Below, one piece after another: positions 20,961 through 31,017 of a DNA stretch of 64,000 nucleotides. The notes under the pieces are model-generated. The model saw nothing but the letters and a program-made list of their open reading frames with translations, was not told the origin of the DNA and searched no databases. Source of the DNA: Candidatus Sediminicultor quintus (GTDB lineage Bacteria > Atribacterota > Phoenicimicrobiia > Phoenicimicrobiales > Phoenicimicrobiaceae); the NCBI GenBank assembly GCA_001773955.1, contig MEYH01000022.1, forward strand, positions 3,606 to 67,605, written 5' to 3'. Made by a program: the position numbers and the translations under genes. Position 1 is the first letter of the stretch, and every line of letters starts with the position of its first letter.

Positions 20961-21055
20961 TTTTGCTTTTTTATATTAATCTAATTGACAAGAGAAGATT
21001 TTTAATATACACTATATAAGTAAATATGAATATACTTATTTAAAAGGAAATAGCA

Positions 21056-21370
21056 ATGCCCAATTATGAAATTGAAGAAATTTCCAAAATATTTAAAGCT
21101 TTATCTGATCCAACCAGATTTAAAATATTTCTCTTGTTAAATGATAGAGTATCTTGCGTTAATGCTATAGTTAATTTTTTACAAGTATCCCAGCCAGCGG
21201 TATCCCAGCATCTCAAGATTTTGAGGGAAGCCGGCTTGGTTAAGATAGAAAAAAGAGGTTATTGGGTGCATTACTCATCTAATAAGGAGAAGGTAGAAAA
21301 ATTTTTTGAGGATTTTCCAGCCTTACTAAAATTGAAAGGGGTTGAAAAATATGTGCAAAAAAATAAGTAA
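21056..21370 (+). CDS. arsR: ArsR/SmtB family metalloregulator
   Basis: 104 aa; winged HTH LSDPTRFKIFLLL…VSQPAVSQHLKILREAGLV. Confidence 0.85.
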   Translation: MPNYEIEEISKIFKALSDPTRFKIFLLLNDRVSCVNAIVNFLQVSQPAVSQHLKILREAGLVKIEKRGYWVHYSSNKEKVEKFFEDFPALLKLKGVEKYVQKNK

Positions 21371-21515
21371 AGAAAGATGTGAACATCCGGAAAGACTTAA
21401 GGGTAAACCGGGGAAATGCACTTCTGAACAGATAAAAAATTGTCACGGTGATATTTCCGAAAAAAATCATCCATGCGCATGTGTTTCGGGAAAAAAGTCG
21501 GACAAGTCCATTTAA
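21351..21515 (+). CDS. Small 54-aa Cys/His-rich protein, a putative metal-binding peptide
   Basis: ORF MCKKISKERCEHPERLKGKPGKCTSEQIKNCHGDISEKNHPCACVSGKKSDKSI found by manual translation. It overlaps the arsR stop and is absent from the >=60-aa ORF track. Confidence 0.35.
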   Translation: MCKKISKERCEHPERLKGKPGKCTSEQIKNCHGDISEKNHPCACVSGKKSDKSI

Positions 21516-21560
21516 ATAAATAAAAAATTGCTCAAAGTAATTTGATAAGGGAGAACAAAT

Positions 21561-22040
21561 ATGTATGACTATGTTTTGTATCTATTGGCGGGCATATTTC
21601 TGGTGATTTCATTTAAAAGAGATAAAAAGAAAACTAAAATGGCTTTAAAAAAAGCCTGGAAGTCATTCGAAAATATACTTCCACAATTTTTAACTATTTT
21701 AGCTTTTTCAGGTATGGTTTTAGCCCTGCTAAGTCCTGATGTTATATCCCGCCTTTTAGGCCAGAAAGCTGGTTGGCAGGGCATGATTATTGCCTCAATA
21801 ATTGGGTCAATAACACTGATACCAGCCTTTATAGCTTTTCCTATTGCTGCTATGCTCCTTAAAAATGGAGCTGGTTTCGCGCAGATAGCAGTATTTGTAA
21901 GCACACTGATGATGGTTGGAATAGTCACACTGCCACTGGAAATTAAATGTTTCGGTAAAAAGATTTCCATAATGAGGAACATGTTTGCTTATCTGTTTTC
22001 CTTTATGGTAGCTTTAGTAATAGGGGTGGTGCTAGGATGA
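21561..22040 (+). CDS. Permease subunit 1 of a two-component membrane permease; part of a split permease
   Basis: 159-aa multi-TM protein; its stop overlaps the next start (ATGA coupling). Confidence 0.5.
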   Translation: MYDYVLYLLAGIFLVISFKRDKKKTKMALKKAWKSFENILPQFLTILAFSGMVLALLSPDVISRLLGQKAGWQGMIIASIIGSITLIPAFIAFPIAAMLLKNGAGFAQIAVFVSTLMMVGIVTLPLEIKCFGKKISIMRNMFAYLFSFMVALVIGVVLG

Positions 22041-22573
22041 AAATAATTTTCAAAAGATATTTAGGGTTTATAATTATTTTGGTATTGAATATCATATTGT
22101 TTATTATTGACAGAAAAAATGGGTTAAGTTCAATAACCATTTTCGGATCAATTATTTTTCAAATGGCGAAAATACTACCACCCATATTTGTGCTTTTAGG
22201 ACTTATGGATGTGTGGATTCCCAGGGAAACAATGGAAAAATTTATGGGAGAGAAATCGGGCTTACTCGGAATTCTAATTGCTTTTTTCTTTGGGTCATTT
22301 GCAGCAGGCCCTCTTTATGCTGCTTTCCCCATTGCCATAATTTTAATGAAAAAGGGTGCAAAATTTCTTAATATTCTTATTTTTATAGGTGCTTGGTCAA
22401 CTACCAAAGTTCCCATGTTCCTATTTGAAACAGCCTCCTTGGGATGGAGATTTTCTGTTATAAGGCTTATTATGAGTATATTCGGAGTAATTACTATAGG
22501 CTACGCGATAGAATTATTGATAAGTAAAAAAGAAAAGGAAGACCTATATAATAAGGTAAGATTAATGCAGTGA
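22037..22573 (+). CDS. Permease subunit 2
   Basis: 178-aa multi-TM protein translationally coupled to subunit 1. Confidence 0.5.
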   Translation: MKIIFKRYLGFIIILVLNIILFIIDRKNGLSSITIFGSIIFQMAKILPPIFVLLGLMDVWIPRETMEKFMGEKSGLLGILIAFFFGSFAAGPLYAAFPIAIILMKKGAKFLNILIFIGAWSTTKVPMFLFETASLGWRFSVIRLIMSIFGVITIGYAIELLISKKEKEDLYNKVRLMQ

Positions 22574-22737
22574 TTGATATACAAAAATAAAATAACAGAA
22601 GGCATTAAAGGATTAAAAATAAGAGGGGAATTTTCTTATTTTATTTAAAGAGCAGTTTTTAATTATTTCAACTATTAATAGAGCGACTAATTGAATGGCG
22701 GGATAAAAAACAAGTAAATCTATAGGAGGTAAGGATA

Positions 22738-23043
22738 ATGCAAGCATTTAATCTTAAAACAATGAAGTCACATCCCTATGAGGAGAGGGATAAGAATGTC
22801 TTTTATAAAGCTAAGGAGTTTAAAGCAAGAATTATCGAACTTCCACCCGGTGGAGAGATGCCAACCTGTGAAATGCTTTCTTATGTAATCTTTTATGTTG
22901 TTAAAGGAACAGCAGAAGCAAAAGTTAATCAAGAAAAAATTATCCTTAAAGAAGGACAGTGTCTAATTACTGAACCAGCAATACTATCTATGAAAACACA
23001 AGATGGCGTCAAGATGATGGGTATACAGATAATGAAAACTTAA
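22738..23043 (+). CDS. Cupin domain protein
   Basis: 101 aa of small-barrel composition with a GGAGG RBS. Confidence 0.55.
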   Translation: MQAFNLKTMKSHPYEERDKNVFYKAKEFKARIIELPPGGEMPTCEMLSYVIFYVVKGTAEAKVNQEKIILKEGQCLITEPAILSMKTQDGVKMMGIQIMKT

Positions 23044-23232
23044 ATATCCTATCAAGTTAATTTTATTTTATACTTTTATCTTTCGAACTGTATCTAATTT
23101 TCGAAAAATCTGCTTTTTAATTTTTACCTCAAATCTCAGGTTAAATCAACATTCTCTCCTCTACAGTCAATACAGTTGTCTTTGCTTTCCCCCTCTTTTT
23201 TATAAATAATTTGTTAGCGACTTTATATTTTT

Positions 23233-23275
23233 TTATTCTACAAAATAAGTGAAAATCCTCTTTTATTAAAAAATC
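23233..23275 (+). promoter_or_regulatory. Conserved upstream module (copy 2), followed by TTGACA-N17-TTATAT
   Basis: ttattctacaaaataagtgaaaatcctctttt matches the copy at 20918. Confidence 0.4.
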
Positions 23276-23367
23276 TTTGGTTTTATAAATAATAAATAAA
23301 TAATAAATATTGACAATAATATGATTATATGATTATATTATCATATCTTAATACAAAGGGGGGTGAA

Positions 23368-23700
23368 ATGGAAACAGTTATAAAAATATTTAAAGCCTTA
23401 TCTGATGAAACTCGCCTACGTATTTATTTGCTTCTACTGCAAGGTGAATTATGTGTCTGTGAATTGGTAAATATATTAAATATGGAACAATCAAGAATTT
23501 CGCATAGTATTAGGATTTTAAAAGAAGCAGGTCTTGTTGATAATCGGCGAGAAGGCAAATGGATAATCTATACAGTAAATCCTGAAACAGAAAATAATAG
23601 AATAATTCAGGGTTTTAAGAATGAATTAGAATTACCGGAACAGGATTTGAAATATATTAATAAATGTAGGAAAGAAAAAATAAGAGAAAAGTTTAAATAA
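23368..23700 (+). CDS. arsR: ArsR/SmtB family metalloregulator, paralogous to the one at 21056
   Basis: Start chosen at METVIKIFKALSDETRLRIYLLLL after a G-rich RBS; HTH SRISHSIRILKEAGLV. Confidence 0.85.
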   Translation: METVIKIFKALSDETRLRIYLLLLQGELCVCELVNILNMEQSRISHSIRILKEAGLVDNRREGKWIIYTVNPETENNRIIQGFKNELELPEQDLKYINKCRKEKIREKFK

Positions 23701-23725
23701 AATTAAAATATTATAGGGGTTAAAT

Positions 23726-24778
23726 ATGTTACTAGAAATATTAATTGGCGGACTAATTGCTTTAAAAGAATATGTTGCACTACATGTGTTAACTTGCCTT
23801 ATTCCAGCTTTTCTTTTGGCTGGCGGAATTATTGCTTTTACTTCTCGTGATACCATTCTTAAATATTTAGGTGCGAAAGCAAAAAACATTATTTCTTTCC
23901 CCTTAGCGGCAATCTCTTCAATATTTATTGCAGTATGCTCCTGTACCGTAATTCCAGTTTCAGCCGGAATCTATCGTAAGGGTGGGGCGATTGCCCCTGC
24001 TTTTATTATATTATGGGTGGCCCCTGCTTCCAATCTTTTAGCAGTAATCTATACTGGAAATATAATAGGGTATGACATGGCCATAGCCAGAATTATTACT
24101 GCTTTCGTTACTGCTTTCGTTATGGGAACAGTAATGTATCTATCTTTCCGCAAAGAAGAAGCAGAGAGGATGGTAGAAGGAGAAAAAAAAGGAAATAATG
24201 ATAAAAAAATTATTGCCGGAAAAGATATAATTTTACTTCTCTTAATTCTTTTTAGCTTGCTTTCTCCTAATTACCTTATTACCAAGGGTCCTTACTTGCA
24301 TAAGGTTTATGTCTTTGCCATATCCATCTCTATTACTTTTTTATATGCTTACTTTGCTATTAAAAAAGATAGGATTTCCAATTGGCTTAAAGAGACCTGG
24401 TGGTTTGTAAAATTAATATTTCCTTTGCTTTTAATGGGAGTATTTATTGTAGGAGTTATTGGAAAAATCCTCCCTCAGCAATGGATAGAACATTGGCTGG
24501 GAGGAAATTCTTTGCGTTCCTCTTTTTTTGCCACCCTTATTGGAGCAGTAAGCTATTTTGCTACTATGACTGAAGCACCATTTGTAGATACTTTAATGAA
24601 ATTAGGAATGGGGAAAGGTCCAGCCCTTGCGCTGCTTCTTTCTGGACCAGGAATGAGCCTTCCCAATATGTTAGCCATAATAAAAGTATTTGGCTTTAAA
24701 AAAGCTTCTGTTTATATTGTAACTATGGTTATCCTGGCTACCCTGAGTGGTTGGTTTTGGGGAAATTATATTTTTTAG
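23726..24778 (+). CDS. DUF318 family permease (ArsP-like)
   Basis: 350 aa, multi-TM with a CSCT motif; the classic partner of the downstream small thioredoxin-like gene. Confidence 0.75.
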   Translation: MLLEILIGGLIALKEYVALHVLTCLIPAFLLAGGIIAFTSRDTILKYLGAKAKNIISFPLAAISSIFIAVCSCTVIPVSAGIYRKGGAIAPAFIILWVAPASNLLAVIYTGNIIGYDMAIARIITAFVTAFVMGTVMYLSFRKEEAERMVEGEKKGNNDKKIIAGKDIILLLLILFSLLSPNYLITKGPYLHKVYVFAISISITFLYAYFAIKKDRISNWLKETWWFVKLIFPLLLMGVFIVGVIGKILPQQWIEHWLGGNSLRSSFFATLIGAVSYFATMTEAPFVDTLMKLGMGKGPALALLLSGPGMSLPNMLAIIKVFGFKKASVYIVTMVILATLSGWFWGNYIF

Positions 24779-24791
24779 GAGGTAAATAAAG

Positions 24792-25034
24792 ATGAAAATT
24801 GAAATTTTAGGAACAGGATGCCCTAAATGTAAAAAATTAAGTGAATTAACGCAGAAAGTCATTCAAGAACTTGGTATATCAGCGGAGATTTCAAAAGTAA
24901 CTGACATTAACAAAATTATTGATTATGGGGTTATGGTGACCCCTGCTTTAGTTATTGATGGAAATGTAAAGGTAGCGGGCAAAATACCCAGTAAAAAAGA
25001 AATTACTGAATGGATTGAAGAAAAAAATAAATAA
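24792..25034 (+). CDS. Thioredoxin-family small protein (redox-active disulfide protein 2-like)
   Basis: 80 aa with an N-terminal GTGCPKC CxxC motif. Confidence 0.75.
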   Translation: MKIEILGTGCPKCKKLSELTQKVIQELGISAEISKVTDINKIIDYGVMVTPALVIDGNVKVAGKIPSKKEITEWIEEKNK

Positions 25035-25080
25035 AAAAGAGATTAAAATATTTTTCAAAATTTATAAAGGAGCTGTAAAA

Positions 25081-25512
25081 ATGGATAAATGCGGCTGTAA
25101 TGCAAAATCAAGATTGATCTATTCTTGTTCGGGTGCTTCCAATACGGAAGAAATTGCTGACCAGGTATCAAGAAAACTCACTAAAGAAGAATATGGCAAT
25201 ATGGCTTGTCTTGCTTCTGTGGGTGCTCATATTTCAGGTTTTATAGAATCAGCAAAGGGTGCTGAGGAGAATATCACCATTGATGGCTGCCCCACTGCTT
25301 GTGCTAAGAAAATCCTTGAACATATAGGAGTGACCCCTCCCCAATCCTATATATTAACTGGAATGGGGGTGGAAAAGGGAAAGACGCCGGTAACAGAAGA
25401 AATAATCAATGAAATAAGCAATAAAATTAAAAAAGACCTATCCTTTAAGGCAGAACAAGGGAATAATGCTGAAGGTGGGAAAAATTCAGGATGTTCCTGC
25501 GGCTCTTGTTGA
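25081..25512 (+). CDS. DGC-domain putative zinc-binding protein
   Basis: IDGCPTAC (DGC motif) plus N-terminal CGC and C-terminal CSCGSC; start reassigned to MDKCGCN after the AAAGGAG RBS. Confidence 0.65.
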   Translation: MDKCGCNAKSRLIYSCSGASNTEEIADQVSRKLTKEEYGNMACLASVGAHISGFIESAKGAEENITIDGCPTACAKKILEHIGVTPPQSYILTGMGVEKGKTPVTEEIINEISNKIKKDLSFKAEQGNNAEGGKNSGCSCGSC

Positions 25513-25563
25513 AAAAACATATGAAGATAAACTGAATGAAAAACATTAAAGGGGCAAGATGAA

Positions 25564-26481
25564 ATGAGTTTTCATCATACACATAAACATTTTAAAGAAG
25601 AAAATTTAATCATCGTTATGGTATTAAATTTTATTATTACCCTGGTTGAGGTTATTGGCGGCTTGTTGTCAGGGAGCCTTGCTCTACTGTCAGATGCATT
25701 GCATAATTTCAGTGACGGTATATCGGTTATTATAAGTTTTATTGCTATAAAATTAAGCAAGAAGGAAAACACACTTACCAATACTTTTGGCTATAAAAGA
25801 GCAGAAATATTAGCCGCCTTGTTTAATGCTTCTTTTCTTCTTGCCATTGCTTTTCTTTTGTTTAAAGAAGCATTCTTAAGGTTTCAGCATCCCCAGGAGA
25901 TAGAGAGCAAGCTGATGATTGCTGTTGCATTAGTTGGTCTAACTGCCAATGTTATTTCGGTGTTTCTATTAAAAACCGGAGCCAAAGAGAGTATGAATAT
26001 CCGATCAGCATATGTTCATCTATTTTCAGATTCTCTTTCCTCTTTAGGGGTTATTATCGCAGGGTTATTGATTCATTTTTTCCATATCAATATCGTTGAT
26101 TCTATCCTGACTTTTATGATTGGTGCTTATGTCCTCAAGGAAGGATTCGATATTTTAAAACAGAGTACCAGTATTTTAATGGAAAAAGTACCTGCTGATA
26201 TCAATATCATACAATTAAAAGAAACAATAGAAAATATTCCTGAAGTCGACAATCTTCATCATGTACACATCTGGCAAACCAATGAAAAACAGATTCTTTT
26301 AGAAGGGCATATTGATGTTAGAGAAGATATTAGTTTGAGTGAAGCTGATAAAATACGGACTAAAATAAGTTCTATACTATTGAATCAATTCGGAATTAAT
26401 CATACGACTCTCCAAATAGAGTATAACTGTTGTAAAGATAAAGAAATTATTAAAAATCATTGGCAAATAAGAAACCGATAA
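25564..26481 (+). CDS. Cation diffusion facilitator family metal efflux transporter (CzcD/ZitB-like)
   Basis: His-rich N-terminus HHTHKH, 6 TM helices and a C-terminal cytoplasmic domain. Confidence 0.85.
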   Translation: MSFHHTHKHFKEENLIIVMVLNFIITLVEVIGGLLSGSLALLSDALHNFSDGISVIISFIAIKLSKKENTLTNTFGYKRAEILAALFNASFLLAIAFLLFKEAFLRFQHPQEIESKLMIAVALVGLTANVISVFLLKTGAKESMNIRSAYVHLFSDSLSSLGVIIAGLLIHFFHINIVDSILTFMIGAYVLKEGFDILKQSTSILMEKVPADINIIQLKETIENIPEVDNLHHVHIWQTNEKQILLEGHIDVREDISLSEADKIRTKISSILLNQFGINHTTLQIEYNCCKDKEIIKNHWQIRNR

Positions 26482-26524
26482 TGAATGATAAGAAATTAAA
26501 AAAAAATAAGGTGGAGATAAATTA

Positions 26525-26935
26525 ATGCAAAATAAGAAAAAATATATTTATATCATAATTTTTTTAGTACTTTTAGCTATCGTCTTTGGTTTTAAAAAGG
26601 TATCTAACAACACTGAAGCTACTTTAACTCAAGAAGGTGTAACCGCCGATGAGATTAAAGTAACCTTTGTAGAGCTTGGCTCGGTTGGCTGTATTCCTTG
26701 CGATAATATGCAGCCAATTATGAAAGAAATTGAAGAAGAATACAAAGGACAGGTAAAAGTAGTTTTTCACGATGTGAAGACGGCAGAAGGCAAGCCTTAT
26801 ATTAAGGAATTTGGTATCAGGGCAATCCCAACTCAGGTCTTTCTGGATAAAGATGGAAATGAATATTTTAGGCATCTAGGGTTTTTTGCCAAAGATGAAT
26901 TAATTAAAGTTCTTAAAACGCAAGGAGTCAATTAA
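26525..26935 (+). CDS. Membrane-anchored thioredoxin-like thiol:disulfide oxidoreductase (TlpA/ResA-like)
   Basis: Signal anchor and a GCIPC CxxC motif in a thioredoxin fold. Confidence 0.7.
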   Translation: MQNKKKYIYIIIFLVLLAIVFGFKKVSNNTEATLTQEGVTADEIKVTFVELGSVGCIPCDNMQPIMKEIEEEYKGQVKVVFHDVKTAEGKPYIKEFGIRAIPTQVFLDKDGNEYFRHLGFFAKDELIKVLKTQGVN

Positions 26936-27636
26936 TGATAAGAACTATTTTTGAATGGTTGTCTAATTCTCTCCAATTGAATCCAATTATTGCCTTAACC
27001 GCTTCTTTTATCTGGGGAATATTCAGTATATTGTTAAGCCCCTGCCATTTAGCCAGTATCCCTTTAATTGTTGCATTTATCGGAGAGCAAGGCAAGGTAT
27101 CAACCAAAAGAGCTTTTTGGTTAGCAACCTCTTTTTCTATGGGTATTTTAACAACTATTACCGCTATAGGTCTGATTACTGGACTTTTAGGCCGTATGCT
27201 GGGTGATATCGGCTCTTATGGGAATTATTTCGTGGCAATAATTTTTTTCGTTATGGGCTTTCATCTTTTAGAAATCATTCAATTGCCTTTTCTGGGAAAA
27301 ACTAATCAACCAGCTTTCCGGAAAAAAGGACTTTGGGCTGCTTTTGGATTAGGTCTTATTTTTGGTATCGCCCTTGGTCCCTGTACCTTTGCCTATATGG
27401 CACCGATGCTGGGTATTGTGTTTAAACTGTCAGCCGCACAATTTTTCTATGGAGCTGCACTTCTTTTTGCTTATGGTATTGGTCATTGTTCGGTAATAGT
27501 TTTTGCGGGAACCTCTGCCGGAATGGTTCAAAAGTATCTAAATTGGAATGAAAGATCTAAAGGTGCAGTATTAGTTAAAAAAATATGTGGTATTTTAGTG
27601 ATTTTAGGTGGAATATATTTAATTTGGAGTATCTGA
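26935..27636 (+). CDS. ccdA: Cytochrome c biogenesis protein CcdA (DsbD transmembrane domain)
   Basis: 233 aa; conserved Cys in TM1 ([11 protein letters not shown]) and TM4 (GPCTFAY). Confidence 0.8.
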   Translation: MIRTIFEWLSNSLQLNPIIALTASFIWGIFSILLSPCHLASIPLIVAFIGEQGKVSTKRAFWLATSFSMGILTTITAIGLITGLLGRMLGDIGSYGNYFVAIIFFVMGFHLLEIIQLPFLGKTNQPAFRKKGLWAAFGLGLIFGIALGPCTFAYMAPMLGIVFKLSAAQFFYGAALLFAYGIGHCSVIVFAGTSAGMVQKYLNWNERSKGAVLVKKICGILVILGGIYLIWSI

Positions 27637-27655
27637 AAGGAGATCAGTATTAATT

Positions 27656-28819
27656 ATGGTTAAAGAAAAAAGAGAGGGCTTAAGTGTTTTTGAAAAATAT
27701 CTAACGGTATGGGTCTTGTTATGTATTGTTATTGGAATTATTTTCGGTAAAATGATTCCCGGGGTAGCAAAATATCTGGATGGATTAGCCATTTATATTG
27801 GTGAAGCACCAGTAGTTTCTATCCCGATTGCAGTTTGTCTATTTTTTATGATGTATCCGATTATGGTAAAGATTGACTTCGGGGAAGTGTTAAAAGCAGG
27901 AAAATCCATTAAGCCGGTTGGACTGACTTTATTCGCTAACTGGGCAATAAAACCTTTTACTATGTACGCTATATCTATCTTTTTTTTAGGTTTTCTTTTT
28001 AAAAATTTTATTGGGAGTGAGGCAATGGATTTAGTAAAACTTCCACCTGGAGCAGATTGGGCAGTGGGAACAATTCATGGGGCTGGAACTGTAGTGATAA
28101 GCAATGGGATGAAATTACTCGAAATCCCTCTGTGGAGAAGTTTTCTTGCTGGAAATATTTTATTAGGCATTGCCCCCTGTACAGCAATGGTCTTGGTTTG
28201 GGGGTTCTTGGCAAAAGGCAACGATGGACATACGCTGGTTATGGTAGCAATAAATTCTCTAACTATGCTTTTTCTTTATGGACCGCTTGGTGGATTCTTA
28301 CTTGGCGTAGGAAAATTACCAGTTCCCTGGCAAGCACTACTACTTTCTATCAGCATTTATGTTGCCTTACCCTTGGTGGCAGGTTATTTTTCCAGAAAAT
28401 GGATAATAAAGGCAAAGGGCGAAAAATGGTTTAAAGAGAATTTTTTACATTTACTTACACCGGTATCTATTGTTGCTCTATTATTTACTCTAATCCTACT
28501 TTTTTCCTTTAAAGGTGAGGTTATTTTAACTAAACCTTTAACCATACTATGGATAGCTATTCCACTTTTTATTCAAACTAACCTTATCTTCTTTCTCACC
28601 TATGGATTAGCAAAACTATTGAAACTTAATTATGAAGATGCTGCTCCTTCTGCGCTGGTAGGAGCAAGTAATCATTTCGAGGTAGCCATAGCAACCGCTA
28701 TAATGGTTTTTGGTATATCTTCGGGTGCTGCCTTAGCAACAGTAGTAGGAGTTTTAATCGAAGTTCCGGTAATGTTGATGCTTGTTTCAGTTTGTAAAAG
28801 AACACGAAATTTCTTTTAA
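27656..28819 (+). CDS. acr3: ACR3 family arsenite efflux transporter
   Basis: N-terminus [23 protein letters not shown] matches the ACR3 signature; 10 TM helices. Confidence 0.85.
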   Translation: MVKEKREGLSVFEKYLTVWVLLCIVIGIIFGKMIPGVAKYLDGLAIYIGEAPVVSIPIAVCLFFMMYPIMVKIDFGEVLKAGKSIKPVGLTLFANWAIKPFTMYAISIFFLGFLFKNFIGSEAMDLVKLPPGADWAVGTIHGAGTVVISNGMKLLEIPLWRSFLAGNILLGIAPCTAMVLVWGFLAKGNDGHTLVMVAINSLTMLFLYGPLGGFLLGVGKLPVPWQALLLSISIYVALPLVAGYFSRKWIIKAKGEKWFKENFLHLLTPVSIVALLFTLILLFSFKGEVILTKPLTILWIAIPLFIQTNLIFFLTYGLAKLLKLNYEDAAPSALVGASNHFEVAIATAIMVFGISSGAALATVVGVLIEVPVMLMLVSVCKRTRNFF

Positions 28820-28848
28820 AATCTTAAAATGATTTAGATATTTGATAG

Positions 28849-28927
<79 letters not shown>

Positions 28928-29023
28928 TCATGTATAATAAACATTAATTAATTATTCTAATTTAATAAATTATATCATAATATTATAAATTGTGGGTTAT
29001 AATTTTTATTCAATTTAAAAGGG

Positions 29024-29557
29024 TTATCTTAATGGGATGACCAATTTTAATTTATTGGCGATGAAGGAAGCGGCAATTATTTTTAAGATATCACCGGGTA
29101 AAAAAGGAAGCATTCCTACTGTTATTGCTTTTTTTACTCCTATACCTGTAACCAAAGATATTTGAGTTATACCGATTATATAAATAATTACCGTTCCCAA
29201 TAAACCTGCCAGAAAATAGTAAAAAATATTCTTTTCTTTTTTCAACTCTATTATCTTTCCAATAACATAAGCGGAAATTATAAACCCAAATAAAAATCCA
29301 CCGGTTGGCCCAAATAAAATACCTATCCCAGCTTTAAAGCCAGCAAAAACTGGCAAACCTACTACGCCCAACAACACATAGATTATCTGGCTTGATGCTC
29401 CCATAATGCTTCCCAGAGTCATAGCTGCCAAAAGAGTAAATAAAGTCTGTAAAGTAAGAGGGACAGGGTAAATGGGGATCGAAATAAATGCTCCCACTGC
29501 AGTTAAAGCAGCGAACAATGAGACTAAAGTCATTTGACGGACATTTATTTTTGACAT
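29024..29557 (-). CDS. bioY: Biotin ECF-transporter S component BioY
   Basis: 177-aa 6-TM protein; downstream of birA with an operator between them. Confidence 0.85.
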   Translation of the reverse strand: MSKINVRQMTLVSLFAALTAVGAFISIPIYPVPLTLQTLFTLLAAMTLGSIMGASSQIIYVLLGVVGLPVFAGFKAGIGILFGPTGGFLFGFIISAYVIGKIIELKKEKNIFYYFLAGLLGTVIIYIIGITQISLVTGIGVKKAITVGMLPFLPGDILKIIAASFIANKLKLVIPLR

Positions 29558-29588
29558 TCTTAAATCGCCCCAATTTTTTGATTAATTA

Positions 29589-29621
29589 GTGTTAACCAAT
29601 ATAATATCTTTAGTTAACAAT
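29589..29621. promoter_or_regulatory. BirA operator (bioO) upstream of bioY
   Basis: GTGTTAACC-N14-AGTTAACAAT inverted repeat matching the Firmicutes BirA site TGTTAACC…GGTTAACA. Confidence 0.6.
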
Positions 29622-29636
29622 AATGTCAAAAAAAAT

Positions 29637-30599
29637 TTAAATAATAGTTCCGGAAATTATTTCTACCAGTTCTCCATTTTCTTTTTTTAGAATCAATGCT
29701 CCTTCTTCGTTTATGTTTACTGCTTCTCCTGTAACAATTCTCTCCCCCATATCTACCCTTATCTTTCTCCCCAGAGTATGGGAGTATAATTTCCATTCCT
29801 TTAAAATAGAAGAAAATTCTCTTCTTTTTAAACTTTCGTAATACTTCTCAAATTCCTGCAAGAAGATTTGTACCAGCTTAACCCGCAAAACCACTTTACC
29901 TAAAACTTCTTTTAAAGAAATCGTATTCTCATGAATATCTTCCGGAAACTCCCGGTGTTCTATATTCACATTTATCCCTATTCCCACTACCACCCAGTTT
30001 ATTATATCCAATTCGGCACTCATTTCAGTCAGTATTCCACATACTTTTTTTTCATTTATTAATATATCATTTGGCCATTTTATTTGAGATTCAATTTGGG
30101 TGCACATCTTAATAGCCTTCACTACCGCTACTGCAGTCATTAAAGTTATTCGAGGGATATAAGAAGGAGGAAGTTGAGGGTATAATATTATGGAGAGCCA
30201 GATACCTCCGGCAGGTGAAAACCATTCCCGACCCAATCTCCCCTTCCCTGCGCTCTGCCTTTCAGCAATAATTAATGTGCCTTCGTTTATCTCCTCTGCT
30301 CGGTGTAAGGCCTTCTCTTTAGCCATTATATTGGTAGATTTTAATTCTGGAAAATAGTATATTTCTTTGCCGATATATTTTGTGAATAATTCTCCTCGGA
30401 CTTCTTGGGGGATTAAAAGGTCAGGGCGGGAAATCAGGCAATAGCCCAGATTTTGGTCAGCTATTATCTCATACCCCATATCCTTTAGTCTTTGTATCTG
30501 CTTCCAAACCGCCACCCGGGAGATGCCTAATTTGTGAGCTAGAGCTTCACCGGAAATGTATTCTTTCTCTCTTAAAAATTTTAATATATTACCTGTCAT
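29637..30599 (-). CDS. birA: Bifunctional biotin--[acetyl-CoA-carboxylase] ligase and transcriptional repressor BirA
   Basis: N-terminal HTH, central BPL catalytic domain (GRGRxW…) and a C-terminal SH3-like domain. Confidence 0.85.
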   Translation of the reverse strand: MTGNILKFLREKEYISGEALAHKLGISRVAVWKQIQRLKDMGYEIIADQNLGYCLISRPDLLIPQEVRGELFTKYIGKEIYYFPELKSTNIMAKEKALHRAEEINEGTLIIAERQSAGKGRLGREWFSPAGGIWLSIILYPQLPPSYIPRITLMTAVAVVKAIKMCTQIESQIKWPNDILINEKKVCGILTEMSAELDIINWVVVGIGINVNIEHREFPEDIHENTISLKEVLGKVVLRVKLVQIFLQEFEKYYESLKRREFSSILKEWKLYSHTLGRKIRVDMGERIVTGEAVNINEEGALILKKENGELVEIISGTII

Positions 30600-31006
30600 C
30601 TTTTTAAACTGGAGGCTAATAGGCCGCTATCTTTATCTATATCTCTAATCTGCTTGAAATCTATTATAAAAGAACCCTTGCTCTCCAATAAACTCATTAA
30701 ATTCTTTAAGGTTTTATCGTTTCCCATTAACCGTGGAATGATAAAGGCAATAGTCTTTTTTCTTTCCAACCCAGTACATCGTTTTATATAATCGATTAAT
30801 TCAGATGGCAATTTACCTTTAAACATACTTGAAACCGGGCAGCCCACCAAGACTAATTCATAAGGCAAAAAATTGCAATTCACTATTCCTCTTACCGCTT
30901 TAATTACTTTTAATTCATTCCCTTTTTTTTCTATTGCTGATGATATTTTTTTTACAAATAATTCTAATTTTTTATTTTCCCCGCCATAAATTAATACTGC
31001 TTTCAA
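30596..31006 (-). CDS. Hypothetical protein, possibly with a flavodoxin-like fold
   Basis: 136-aa ORF whose stop overlaps the birA start (operonic); no diagnostic motif. Confidence 0.35.
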   Translation of the reverse strand: MKAVLIYGGENKKLELFVKKISSAIEKKGNELKVIKAVRGIVNCNFLPYELVLVGCPVSSMFKGKLPSELIDYIKRCTGLERKKTIAFIIPRLMGNDKTLKNLMSLLESKGSFIIDFKQIRDIDKDSGLLASSLKR

Positions 31007-31017
31007 AATATTCCCTC

